In this document: positions 1 through 12,700 of the stretch, piece by piece
Position numbering within the stretch: the stretch's first letter is position 1
Layout of the letters: each line of letters begins with the position of its first letter
DNA from: Dendrobates tinctorius
Lineage: Eukaryota
Direction of reading: 5' to 3'
Length of the DNA: 64,000 bases
Assembly: GCF_039654945.1 (NCBI RefSeq)
Contig: NW_027361694.1
Location: 16,244,001-16,308,000 of the forward strand
Translations under genes and position numbers: made by a program
The notes under the pieces: model-generated
Databases searched by the model: none
Seen by the model: the letters and a program-made list of their open reading frames with translations, nothing else
Told to the model about the DNA's origin: nothing

Positions 1-216
1 CAATGCATTCCTATGTGTGCGGAATTCCCGCGATTCCGCGAAAAGAATGAGCATGCTGCGTATTTTTCCGCGATGCGATTCCGCCGCGGAAAAATATGCA
101 GCATTAGCAAAGCATGTGTGGAATGCCATTGACTACAATGGGTTGCTTATTGTATGCCTTTTCGCGGCGAAAAAACGCGGCAAAACACATAAAATCCGCA
201 ACGTGTGCACATAGCT
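1..216. mobile_element. Right part of a palindromic PIF/Harbinger-type MITE (cut by window start)
   Basis: Ends in CGTGTGCACATAGC followed by TTA, nearly the same terminus as the MITEs at 9244-9586 and 34859-35579; internal CCGCG/TGCGG repeats. Confidence 0.7.
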
Positions 217-789
217 TAAAGGACACACTATCTGTGACATTACATTTGCAGAAGCATGTCACAATTTCCTTCTCTGCAAACTCAAAAAGAGAATATAAGG
301 AGGTCGAGCAGGGTATTAGTGAATACTATTGGTGGCATAATTGGGAACTATGCAACAAGAATCAGAGGATATAGCAAATTCACCAAACCATCAAGTATTG
401 GATGATAACCATTAGCATGTAAAACAACTATGTAGTCCGGGTCTATATTCACATTGCTCAGTTGTCATCAAACCATGTCTCAAAAGTAAATAAAAGGCGT
501 ACAAAGCAAGCCATGATATCAAAACCTTTCAGATATGGTAACAAGGCTGGGTTATCAAAATGCAGTATATACCCCAAAGTGCCATTGTGCTTCAACACAG
601 GGAAAACTATTGTATGTAAAAAATAAATAATGGTCCTAAATAGAGTATCGTATATCCCCTTCTAATCATATGCAATATACATTAGAGAAATGTTCATACT
701 TTCCCATTTCTTTTGTATCACTGTGCACAGAAGTAACCGCTCACAATGTTCTCCCTGGTGGGGCTTACCACAAACTTATTTTTTCTCTC

Positions 790-985
790 AGATACACTCT
801 AGGGCCACCTTAATAAAAAGCCAATTAACCTACAAGGATGCTTTTGGACCAGAGAAGGAAGCTAGAGTAACTAAAGAGAACCTTATAAACACTGAGTACA
901 TACAAACTCCAAGCAGATGTTACCCTAAGGCAGACTTGAACCAAGAAACCTAGTACTGCAAGGCAACAGCAATAATCATTGACCG
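790..985 (-). mobile_element. Degenerate tRNA-derived SINE (V-SINE-like)
   Basis: GCCAATTAACCTAC...CATACAAACTCC...GCAGATGTT...TTGAACC...CTGCAAGGCAACAG resembles the reverse complement of a vertebrate tRNA-SINE; similar to 23225-23470. Confidence 0.65.
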
Positions 986-1471
986 ATTTCCAAAACATTT
1001 GTCCTTAACTGTATACAACAAGCACCTACCCTCATAAATGTTGCTCTGCAAAATAAACAACCATTTCCATAGACACAAGATTACCATTTAGTCTGCGATA
1101 ATTACACACTCTATATAATTTGACCATTATTCACATGTAAGGCTTTCATTTGGCTGACATTACGAATTACAGTTCTCGTGTTGTCTGACATGTAAATGTA
1201 AAGTTGCTTTAATGACTTGTTAACCCAGAAAGAGAGTTTTTTTAAGAGTGTAAGTCAAACTATTTTTCAAAAACAGATTATGCATCCAATAAAATGTATA
1301 TGTCTGGACATTTAATATAGCTAAACCATTGTGACACTACTGCTAGCATGTGATATGATTTATTTTCACTATCCCACTATCTTGATATCAGACATATCGT
1401 CTCTACATGTCCAAGCTTAATTGCAAAGTACTGTGTAAAGTGTTGGTGCTATATGAATAACATTAATATAA

Positions 1472-2195
1472 TGTAGGGATTCAACTCGCTCAGGAGCCAC
1501 AGGAGTCAATCGGGAGGCACGTTCATTTAAAAGTTCATAGGTTTTATTGCTTCATAACCCATAAAGCAGCACATAACATAAGGAATAGCCTTTAGGTCAG
1601 GCGAAAACAAGCATAAATGTCCATTATTTCAGGCTCAGTCCTGGAGCCTCAGCAAAACACAGGAGGCTTATCCGTCCTCACATACAGCCAATACACATAG
1701 GCCTCACCGGGTCAGCAGCCGCAGCACGTGGTCTTCAGGAAGGTAGCACACCTTCTTCCACCTAGGCCTGCCGGGACCTTCCACATGGCCCAATCAGATC
1801 CATGCGCTCTCTCTCATATGACCTACTCTGGTTACCTTATATGGTCCGTAGCCACGCCCACTGGGTCACATGACTCTGACCTCATCACAGGTCCTTCAAG
1901 CATTTACACACTCTTTATGACAGTGTTCTTTAAAAACGCCCCCTGGGTGGGTTTGTAGATGATTGATCCCGCCCGTCTCATCAATCATCTGAAGGCTTCT
2001 CTCTGACACACTGGAACGACAGATCAGCTCTGCTGATCAGCACATAAGCAAGCCTTCATCTCAAGGCCACCCACCTTGAGATACATACCGATCCTTCAAC
2101 ATCCTATACCCATTACCACAATGGAAATGCCTGTAGGCCCGTCCTGGGACACCCACACAGCGCCCCCTAGCGGACATAGTGGTCACTGCACCACA
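1472..2195 (-). mobile_element. Solo LTR (724 bp, Gypsy/ERV-type)
   Basis: TGT...ACA termini with a 4-bp direct repeat ATAA on both sides (1468-1471, 2196-2199); AATAAA on the minus strand near 1545; no internal ORF. Confidence 0.75.
2158..2190 (-). promoter_or_regulatory. Predicted CTCF site within the solo LTR
   Basis: Minus strand reads TGCAGTGACCACTATGTCCGCTAGGGGGCGCTG: a close match to the CTCF core (CCGCNAGGGGGCGC) plus an upstream TGCAGT module. Motif match only. Confidence 0.55.
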
Positions 2196-2269
2196 ATAAT
2201 TACGATATCAGTGGTGTCTAAGTAGGTTATGACCTCATACATACACTTGTAAAGCAGAAAGAAACTCTC

Positions 2270-3175
2270 GTTTAGTGTCCATGAAAGAGAAAAAGTGACA
2301 CTCACTGTTACTTTTAAAAATGGCATTTCCTTGAAAAGGACAAAGTCACAGCAGACATAGTATCCAGGAGTCCACTTGTATCATATAGGAGATCCACTAG
2401 TCTCAAAGACACATCAGTTCACAATCGTCTCCGATCAGAATCGAAAAATTAACTTAAAGTGAGCAAACCGGTAGGCAATTAGCAATGTGGACATTGCACG
2501 TTTTGTGCAATACATTTAACTTCCAAATGTTTACAAATAGGGGATATATTACATGAGCTACAAGACCATCACATGTCGAAATAGCTATGTAGTCCACGTC
2601 ATATTTTGCCCATGTACTTTCTTCTATACAAGTAAGAGTATCCTGACCCATTTTCGCTCTGTTTATGGAACATTCTAAATACATAGAAACTGGTAAAGGT
2701 TCGACTCGCCAAATAAAACATATGAGAGAGAGTGCCATGGAAGTAAAGCGAGAGCATTGCGGTTTGCAGGAATTGAAAGGGTTAGCCCTCCAGCTCAGGG
2801 AGGTGATCTCCAGAAGCTACTCATGAGATGGCAAGCCAGGTGGATCCTGCACGCCGGACCTCAGGGTGTTGCAGGATTCAATGATAACGTTGGACATGAC
2901 AGTATTTCTATGATCACGCAGTGAGTACATCTCTTCTGTCAGTTTTTTAACTTAAGTGTTATGGTTAATTGTAACATTGCTTTTGTTCATTGCCTTACGG
3001 GGGTGTAGTTATGGTAATTCTCTGTCACTTCCCCGTCTCACAAAACCCGTTGAAGTGCAGGAGACGCAAAACGGCCGTCGTCCATTGTGCTCCACATGAA
3101 TACCTTCCAGCTGCCATGTTTCAAAATATGAACCAATAAAAGGAACATTTTTAAGGAATGGTGAGTGCCACCTTT
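2270..3175 (+). pseudogene. 3' relic of a Penelope-like retroelement (GIY-YIG endonuclease region plus terminal repeat)
   Basis: Manual translation across frameshifts gives VSYRRSTSLKD, CGHCTFC, ITCRNSYVVHVIFCPCTFFY, FMEH, LRFAGIERV...GGDLQKLLMRWQARWIL...GFND, typical of the PLE endonuclease C-terminus. Followed by a hammerhead-like relic (about 3045-3080) and AATAAA...GGTGAGTGCC. Confidence 0.8.
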
Positions 3176-3394
3176 TTTCTTTCATGGACACTATTTGAAT
3201 TGTTTTACACGGTGTGCACCCGAGAGTCCAGGGGCAAGGTGACAATTGTATTATGCAAGAATAAGGCTATAGGTGGTAAAGTGGTGTCGGTCTTTTCTCA
3301 TTACTGCTGGGACAACATCTCATTTAGTACCTGTCAGCTGTGTAATAACACTGTCCTTGCCCTCAAACTCTACAGGTAATATGTACAGTTCTAT

Positions 3395-3880
3395 GATCTT
3401 TATAACCTTTGTAATTCAGCGTGACAGGAGCTGCTCCTCACTGTTCCCCCCCCTCCTGTCTGGGACAATACAACACACAGCAGTATGCATCCTGGGAGTA
3501 ACATCTTGTTCTCTGCAGGGAAACAGCTATTACCAGGAGACTGGCTGCTACTACTAAATGCCATGAGCAGGTCACTCACCCTTTGCATCCCCTCTTCTGG
3601 GACTGGCTGTTCCTCACAGCGGGGAGCTGATCAATGGTGTGTGACATAAGGTCCCAGACGGGAGGGGGGAGCGGTGAGGCGCAGCTCTTGTCACATTGAA
3701 TTGCAAATGTAAGGTTATGGTCACACAATTAGTATTTGTAAGCCAAAACCAGGAGTGGGCCAAAAATACAGAAGTGGTGACGTGTTTCTATTATTCTTTT
3801 CCTCTGACTGTACCACTCCTGGTTTTGGCTTACAAATACTGATGTAAAATACTTACCAAATCCTGATAAGTGTGAACGTC
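3395..3880. mobile_element. Palindromic MITE core with an adjacent Harbinger-type MITE
   Basis: Inverted arms GTGACAGGAGCTGC...TCTGGGAC / GTCCCAGAC...GCAGCTCTTGTCAC, then AGTATTTGTAAGCCAAAACCAGGAGTGG / CCACTCCTGGTTTTGGCTTACAAATACT. Confidence 0.55.
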
Positions 3881-4496
3881 CATACCGTGAAAGCATTAAG
3901 CCAGTATTGACAATAGGTGCCTGCCACACAGGATTACCAATACATAGCAGTATCCATGGCATAATTCTATTGCACAGCCCAAATAGTAGACAGAGCAGTG
4001 TACATGTAATAGAGGATAAGAAGCAAGACTAGTGATATCGCATAGGGTTATAATAAAAGTTATTTTACTATGCAGAGGGGACTGGGGACTTACTAGAATG
4101 CTGTAAAAGAGGCCTTAAAGGTGAATTGTGTAAGCACAAATTTTTATCTCTCTAAAAGGAATATGCATAAGAGCTAATTGCATCTACATAAACATGATCT
4201 TTCAAGTTCAAGACACAGTCAGAGATTAATTCTCGACAACAGAATCTGGGCAGAGAGGATGATTGCATTTCAAGACGGTACCAAGAATCAAGGTCAGTTT
4301 CACCAAATCCTGTCTACAGCTTGTATTGAGTGATCAAAAGGCTCATAAAAAGCTCAAACTTGGTTACTACTGTGTATATATAAAGTCTCCAATATGGTCA
4401 CGCTCACTTTCAATTTTGATGACAGTGGGGAGAAAGTTGCACAATTCATTTTATAAATTGGAATAAACTGAATAAATGTATGTTAAAGTATATTAA

Positions 4497-4848
4497 AAGA
4501 GGGTCCACTATTGGACGACCCTTCATCAGCAGCTAACGTACCCCACATAACACATGTGCTTACCTCCCAGACAGGCACCGCCACTCTGATGATGGCGGTG
4601 AGTCTCCCGGTGGTCACATGACATTGCTGTGTTAAGTGACCACTGCAGTCAATCAGCGGCCATTGATTGGCTGCAGCCTTTCAGTGTTCGGTCAGAGCAA
4701 ACTTTCATCTGCACTGATGAAATCGTGAAATCTGAAGCAGATCAGCAGCCACTGATTGGCTCCAACAGCCACATGAAATAATGTCACCATATTGTACTAG
4801 GAGTCCTATAACTGTTAAGAAGAGGCTGTCGAGTATAGGGAAAACCCT
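4497..4848. mobile_element. Degenerate Kolobok/T2-type MITE
   Basis: Starts after TTAA; degenerate inverted termini; inverted CAATCAGC/TGATTGGC boxes inside. Confidence 0.5.
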
Positions 4849-5576
4849 AAATTATTATTGAACAAATGGACTGGAATATAAGGCTGTTTCTAACTGAAGT
4901 AATTTTGCCCATTTGTTGGACAGAGTACTGATCTGTGATTCAGATGTAGTCAAGAAGGGAATGAGAAGTTCCTTTTGGATATTTTACATCACTCTTCACA
5001 CATATCATGTCATGCGTGCAAATTAATAAAAATAAAAAACATAAGAATTAACGGCCATGAATAATGGTCTTCATCGAATGCCAAGCCAGGGAGTTCCTGT
5101 TCTCATTACTACAAGTCTCTCTGAAATCCTACATGAAGCCTCTCACTTCAGATGGCTGAATGACATCATGGAGAACCATTTTCCCATGAGGGCACAGCTG
5201 CTATTTGAGAATCAGCTCTTCCAGCATTTATAAAATGCACAGTCCTTAAGTCAGGCACAAGACATGGACTACAGTAGTTCTCACTTTGTATCTTACAGCA
5301 CCGACTCCTCATTGTAAGTTGGAATGTTTTCGAGTCACTGGAAGTCACAACAGTCTCATTATATCAGTTTCCTGGACTGAGCTCATAGTGACAACAGTGC
5401 AGAAGATCATGTCTGAGTGACTCTTCAGTCAATGAATTGTGACATGAATGCCAGAGGTATTCACGGACACGCTAACCATGTCTGCTGAAATCTATGTGGA
5501 GCAGGTTTACTTTTCTGAGCCACCGCGAAACACGTAAAAATAAAGTGGACGTTATATCCCATTTATGAAATTTAAA

Positions 5577-5797
5577 CAGGGCTGTGGAGTCGGTAAGCCA
5601 AACCTGCGACTCCGACTCCTCAATTTCCCTTACACCGACTCCGACTCCCACACATATTGCTTATATTTAAGTGAAAAATGTATTGTAGTACAATGTGAAC
5701 ATCAGACATTTAATCATTTTTATGATCCAATAATCAAGATATTTAGATATAACATAATATATATTTATTGGAATACACGTTTAGAACACAAAAAACT
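5577..5797 (-). mobile_element. Terminal fragment of a hAT element, interrupted by L1
   Basis: CAGGGCTGTGGAGTCGG terminus and subterminal GACTCC repeats; reverse complement matches 55535-55578 plus 56604-56795. Confidence 0.85.
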
Positions 5798-5943
5798 GGG
5801 GGGCGGGGTCTGCGCGCTGAAGATGGAGGGAGTGTGATTCCAGAGCTCCAGTGACTCCAGACTTACATCGGCTCATATCGGCATTCAGCGGCTTCCTCGA
5901 CCGCCGTGCAGTGCACCGCCGGCTTCCTAACACCCCCGGGCAC

Positions 5944-6920
5944 ATGATGACCCGTGGTAGAACACAGAGAATGGCTTCTCCTCCGCGCCTGCCTGACTTC
6001 TTTCTGAGGGCTCAGACTGCACATGCAGCAGGGAAAATGGCAGCAGCTTCCCCTCCCACAGGATCATCTCGTTCCTCCCACGGCTCCCAGGGCTCAGAGA
6101 GAGGTGAGACCTCAGCAGATACACATCACAGTAACTCTGCACCTATGACTAGGGGGGACATGAGGGATTTCCTGGCATCTATACGCACTTCTTTAAGGGA
6201 GGACATGCAGGACATGTTAAAGGAGATAAGAGGGGAAGTTAACTCTTTAGGAGTACGTACAGACCACTTAGAAAACAAGATGTCTGAGTATGTTTCGGTT
6301 ATCAACGCTCTTGTGGATGAGAATCAAGCCATGAAAGGTAGATTGGCAGGGGCCTTTGATAAAATACACGATCTGGAGGACAGATCTAGAAGAAATAATC
6401 TTCGTATAAGAGGCATCCCAGAGACTAGAGGAGATAAAGATCTGGCCCCCTTCCTCCAAAACTATATGCATGCTGTCCTGCCATTGCTCTCCCCAAGGGA
6501 CCTGTTAGTTGACAGGTCCACAGAACGCCCAAACCCAAGCACTTGGATTCGTCTCTCCCCAGGGACACTCTTGCAAGGATACACCTGTATACTACTAAAG
6601 AGACCTTTCTGAGACAAATAAGAAATCCTCCTGAGCTTCCTTCTGAGTTTCAGGCACTGCAAGTTTTCCCAGATCTGTCGGCTGCTAAGCTGTCTAAGAG
6701 GCGGGAATATGCCCACGTCTGCAGAGCCTTGAGGGAGGTCTCCGTGAAATATCGGTGGGGTTTCAATCCTGTGAGGCTCTTCATCACTCATGACGGAAGT
6801 ACAGTCGTCTGTTCCTCTCCTAAGCAAGCGGAGGAGAAGCTCACGAGCTGGAAGATCCTTTTTTCACCGAGACAAGCTGACACGGGTCGGAAGGTGGCTT
6901 CGGAGTGGTCTATGGCTTGA
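5944..6920 (+). pseudogene. L1 ORF1p (coiled coil, RRM, CTD), frameshifted near 6520-6545
   Basis: DLEDRSRRNNLRIRGIPE in ORF 5851-6612; PRDTLARIH, LQVFPDLS and YRWGF in ORF 6543-6920. Confidence 0.9.
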
Positions 6921-9243
6921 CTGTACTGCATGGTATGAGTCTGGATAACTAGACTCTCCTGCTACGCTTCCTAGTGGGCCTTGGTTCGTGAACTTTTCAC
7001 TTCCACCCCCCTCATAGATCCTTGATCTGCGGATCGTCCGAACTATTCTGGATGTTTATACGAGTGGCTCTCGTATATTTGACTATGTTTTGGTTTCTTA
7101 TCTTTTTCTTTTTTACTTATCCTTTTTTACTTTTCCTTTCTTTTTTTGTCTGTTCTCTTTTTTATTTTCCTTTTGGCATCCTTTCGGGTCAATACTCTGG
7201 CCCTTCTGTAAGTATATTTGCTCCCATTTTTTCTTTCAGGTTTTTTCCTCCCAAATACCCAGGCATCTATGTGCTACAATGGACTCTCAGTGTATTTGTA
7301 GACGTGTTGGTTCTAACATGCAATATGTGACTATATTAAGTGTGCAGTTCCATTCTGCCAGCAGCACTGTGATCTTCTCGTATCAGTATTATGAGTATAC
7401 AAATCTTATCCTTGAATGTTAGGGGCCTAAATTGCCCTGAAAAACGCTCTATGATGTGGAGGGAGGTGGGGAGGTCACGGGCGGATGTTGTCTGCCTTCA
7501 AGAAACACATCTATTGGAAGCCGATAATTTTAGGCTTCGACACCCTCACTTCCCTCACATGTTTTTTGCTAATGGTCAGACCAAAAAGGCTGGTGTGTGC
7601 ATTATGGTGAAACGTACAATAGTATTTCAATTGTTATCACAATATGCTGACTCCGTAGGTAGATGCTTGACAGTCACTTGCCTGCTAAATGGAGAGGTGC
7701 ACACGTTGACAAATGTATATGCTCCCAATGAAGGCCAACACAAATTTTTGAGAACTACCTTTAACCCCTTCCTGACATCCGACGTACTATCCCGTCCACG
7801 GTACCCGGGCCCGTATGACCGTGGACGGGATAGTACGTCTACCGCGATCAGCGGCGCCCACGTGGTGAGCGCCGCTGATCGCGGCCAGGTGTCAGCTGAT
7901 TATCACAGCTGACACCCGGCACTATGTGTCAGGGGCGGTCACGGACCGCCCCCGACACGTTAACCCCTTGCACACCGCGATCAAACATGATCGCGGTGTA
8001 CCGGGAGTTAAAGGGAAGCATCGGCAGGGAGGGGGCTCCCTCCGTGCTTCCCTGAGCCCCCCACGGCAGCGCAATGTGCAGCGCTGCTGCGGGGGGCTCC
8101 TATCCTCCAGGCCCCCGAATCCAAGATGGCGACGGGGGCCTTCGGGGACCTGAGGAAGCTGGCTTCCTCAGTGCCTGCAAAGCGCAGGCAAGAGGAAGTC
8201 TGCTTCAATGCCTGTGACAGATTGCTGATCTGTCACAGTGATCTGTGATGTGACAGATCAGCGATCTGTCACAGGACAGTGATGTCCCACCTGGGACTAT
8301 GTAATAAAGTAAAAAAAAAATTAAAAAAAAATGTAAAAATAAATTAAAAAAAATCGCCAAATAAATTAGTAAAAAAAAAAAAAATATTCCCCAATAAATT
8401 CATTTTTTGAAAATAATAAAAAAAAAAACCAATAAAAGTACACATATTAGGTATCGCCGCGTCCGTAATGACCCGCCCTATAAAACTGTCCCATTAGTTA
8501 ACCCTTTTAGCGAACCCCTTAAAAAATAAAAATAAAAAACGAAGCAAAAAATAATGATTTATTATCATACCGCCAAACAAAAAGTGTAATAACGCGCGAT
8601 CAAAAAGACGCATATAAATATCCATGGTACCGCTGAAAACGTCATCTTGTCCCGCAAAAAACGAGCCACCACACAGCATCATCAGCGAAAAAATAAAAAA
8701 GTTATAGCTCGCAGAATAAAGCGATGCAAAAATAATTATTTTTTATATAAAATAGTTTTCATTGCATAAAACCGACAAAAACATAAAAAAACGACCTAAA
8801 TCAGGTATCGCTGTAACCGTACTGACCCGAAGAATAAAACCGCCTTATCAATTTTACCGCACGCGGAACGGTGTAAACGCACCCCCCCAAAAGAAATTCA
8901 TGAAACGCTGGTTTTTGTTCATTCTGCGTCCCAAAAATAGGAATAAAAAGCGATCAAAAAATGTCACGTGCCCGAAAATGGTACCAATAAAAACGTCAAC
9001 TCGTCCCGCAAAAAATAAGACCTCACATGACTCAGTGGGTCAAAATACGGAAAAATTATAGCTCTCAAAATGTGGTGATGCAAAAACTATTTTTACAATA
9101 AAAAGCGTCTTTTAGCGTGTGACAGCCGCCAAAAATAAAAACCGCCATAAATAGTAAATCAACCCCCCGTTATCACCCCCTTAGTTAGGGAAAAATAATA
9201 AAACTAAAAAAAAGTATTTATCTCCATTTTCCCGTTAGGGTAA

Positions 9244-9586
9244 GGCTGTGTGCACACGCTGCGGATTAGGTGCGGATTCATCCGCGCGGATTTTGTAAAA
9301 TCCGCAGGTGAAACCGCAGGTCAAAAGACCTGCGGTTTTACCTGCAGATTGCTCTGCGGTTTTTCATCTCCTCAATAGAGGAGATGGCAAACCGCAGGAG
9401 AATCCGCAGAAAGAATTGACATGTCAATTCTTTCTGCGGATTGAAAACCGCAGATAATCCGCGCGGAAAATTCCGCACCGTCTGCACTGCGGTTTTTGAT
9501 TCCCATAGGGAATCATGGTACTGGGGTCCGCAGCAGCCAAAACCGCTGCGGAACCGCAGCAAAATCCGCAGCGTGTGCACACAGCC
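9244..9586. mobile_element. PIF/Harbinger-type MITE
   Basis: TIR GGCTGTGTGCACACGCTGCGGATT, flanks TAA/TTA; absent from the equivalent site in copy 2 (about 53360); near-identical inverted copy at 35126-35493. Confidence 0.85.
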
Positions 9587-9695
9587 TTAGGGTTAGGGCT
9601 AGGGTTAGGGTTAGGGCTAGGGTTAGGGCTAGGGTTAGGGCTAGGGTTAGGGTTAGGGCTCAGATTAGGGTTAGGGGTGTGTTGGGGTTAGGGTT
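9587..9695 (+). repeat. Telomere-like (TTAGGG/CTAGGG)n array inside the piggyBac-type element
   Basis: About 12 consecutive TTAGGG/CTAGGG hexamers followed by degenerate units. Confidence 0.9.
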
Positions 9696-9704
9696 GGAGT
9701 TATA

Positions 9705-12700
9705 ATTGGGGGTTTCCACTGTTTGGGCACATCAGGGGCTCTCCAAATGCAACATGGCGTCTGATCTCAATTCCAGCCAATTCTGAGTTGAAAAAGTCAA
9801 ATGGTGCTCCTTCCCTTCCAAGCTCTGCCATGCGCCCAAACAGTGTTTTACCCCCACATGTAGGGTATCAGCCTACTCAGGACAAATTGCAAAACAATTT
9901 TTGGGGTCCAATTTCTCCTGTTACCCTTAGGAAAATAAAAAATTGGGGGCAAAAATATCATTTTTGTGGAAAAAAATTATTTTTTTATTTTCACGTCCGA
10001 GTGTTATAAACTTCTGTGAAGCACTTGGGGGTTCAAAGTGCTCACCACACATCTAGATAAGTTCCGTGGGGGGTCTAGTGTCCAAAATGGGGTCACTTGT
10101 GGGGAGTTTCAATAGTTTAGGTACATCAGGGGCTCTCCAAACGCACATGACACCCGCAGACCATTCCATCAAAGTCTGCATTCCAAAACGCCACTGCTTC
10201 CCTTCCGAGCCCCGACGTGTGTCCATACAGTAGTTTTCTCCCACATATGGGGTGTCAGCGTACTCAGGCCAAATTGGACAAAAACTTTTGGGGTCCAATT
10301 TCTCCTGTTACCCTTGGGAAAATGAAAAAATTGCGGACTAATTGATCATGTTTCTGGAAAAAATACGATTTTTTTATTTTCATGCCCTGGCATTATAAAC
10401 TTCTGTGAAGACCTTGGGGGTTCAAAGTGCTCACCTCACATCTAGATAAGTTCCTTAGTGGGTCTAGTTTTCAAAATGGGGTCATTTGTGGGGGGTTTCC
10501 ACTGTTTAGGTACATTAGGGGCTCTCCAAAGGCAACATGACACCCGCAGACCATTCCATCAAAGTCTGCATACCAAAACGTCACTACTTCCCTTCCGAGC
10601 CCCGACGTGTGCCCATACAGTAGTTTTCACCCACATATGGGGTATCAGCATACTCAGGACAAATTGGACAACAACTTTTGGGGTTCAATTTCTCCTGGTA
10701 CCCTTGGGAAAATAAAAAAATGGTGACTAAAAGATCATGTTTGTGGAAAAAATACGAATTTTTTATTTTCACGCCCGAGCGTTATAAACTTCTGTGAAGC
10801 ACTGGGGGGGTCAAAGTGCTCACCACACATCTAGATAAGTTCCTTGGGGGGTCTAGTTTACAAAATGGTGTCATTTGTGGGGGGTTTCCACTGTTTAGGT
10901 ACATTAGGGGCTCTCCAAAGGCAACATGACACCCGCAGACCATTCCATCAAAGTCTGCATTCCAAAACGTCACTACTTCCCTTCCGAGCCCCGACGTGTG
11001 CCCATACAGTAGTTTTCTCCCACATATGGGGTATCAGCATACTCAGGACAAATTGGACAACAACTTTTGGGGTCCAATTTCTCCTGGTACCCTTGGGAAA
11101 ATAAAAAAATGGTGACTAAAAGATCATGTTTGTGGAAAAAATACGAATTATTTATTTTCACGCCCGGGCATTATAAACTTCTGTGAAGCACTGGGGGGGG
11201 GGTCAAAGTGCTCACCACACATCTAGATAAGTTCCTTAGGGGGTCTAGTTTCCAAAATGGTGTCATTTGTGGGGGGTTTCCACTGTTTTGGTACATCAGG
11301 AGTTTTCCAAACGCGACATGGTGTCCGATCTCAATTCCAGCCAAAAACGTCAAATGGCGCTGCTTCCCTTCCGAGCTCTGCCATGCGCCCAAATAGTGGT
11401 TTACCCCCACATGTGGGGTATCAGCGTACTCAGAACAAATTGCACAATAACTTTTACGGTCCTGTTACCCTTGGAAAAATAAGAATTGAGGGTGAAAAGA
11501 TCATTTTTGTGGAAAAAATATGATTTTTTAACTGTATGGCTTTATGTTATAAACTTCTGTGAAGCCCATGGGGGTTCAAAGTTCTCACCACACATCTAGA
11601 TAAGTTCCTTAGGGGGTCTAGTTTCCAAAATGGTGTCATTTGTGGGGGATTTCCACTGTTTTGGTACATCAGGGGTTTTCCAAATGCGACATGGTGTCCG
11701 ATCTCAATTCCAGCCAAAAACGTCAAATGGCGCTGCTTCCCTTCCGAGCTCTGCCATGCGCCCAAATAGTGGTTTACCCCCACATGTGGGGTATCAGCGT
11801 ACTCAGGACAAATTGCACAATAACTTTTACGGTCCTGTTACCCTTGGAAAAATAAGAATTGAGGGTGAAAAGATCATTTTTGTGGAAAAAATATGATTTT
11901 TTAACTGTATGGCTTTATGTTATAAACTTCTGTGAAGCCCATGGGGGTTCAAAGTTCTCACCACACATCTAGATAAGTTCCTTAGGGGGTCTAGTTTCCA
12001 AAATGGTGTCATTTGTGGGGGATTTCCACTGTTTTGGTACATCAGGGGTTTTCCAAATGCGACATGGTGTCCGATCTCAATTCCAGCCAAAAACGTCAAA
12101 TGGCGCTGCTTCCCTTCCGAGCTCTGCCATGCGCCCAAATAGTGGTTTACCCCCACATGTGGGGTATCAGCGTACTCAGGACAAATTGCACAATAACTTT
12201 TAGGGTCCTGTTACCCTTGGAAAAATAAGAATTGAGGGTGAAAAGATCATTTTTGTGGAAAAAATATGATTTTTTAATTGTATGGCTGTATGTTATAAAC
12301 TTCTGTGAAGCCCATGGGGGTTCAAAGTTCTCACCACACATCTAGATAAGTTCCTTAGGGGGTCTAGTTTCCAAAATGGTGTCATTTGTGGGGGGTTTCC
12401 ACTGTTTTGGTACATCAGGGGTTTTCCAAACGCGACATGGTGTCCGATCTCAATTCCAGCCAAAAACGTCAAATGGCATTGCTTCCCTTCCGAGCTCTGC
12501 CATGCGCCCAAATAGTGGTTTACCCCCACATGTGGGGTATCAGCGTACTCAGGACAAATTGCACAATAACTTTTAGGGTCCTGTTACCCTTGGAAAAATA
12601 AGAATTGAGGGTGAAAAGATCATTTTTGTGGAAAAAATATGATTTTTTAATTGTATGGCTGTATGTTATAAACTTCTGTGAAGCCCATGGGGGTTCAAAG

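Noticed and set aside
5100-5520. Unique-looking segment rich in TGA/TCA half-sites, possible enhancer
   Set aside because: No canonical motif cluster, and conservation cannot be assessed from this sequence alone.
9587-9695. True telomere or chromosome fusion point
   Set aside because: Short, variant-rich, single orientation, and present at the same position in the second element copy.
11570-11590. GGTTCAAAG in the repeat unit as a Pol III B-box
   Set aside because: Partial match only, with no well-placed A-box.
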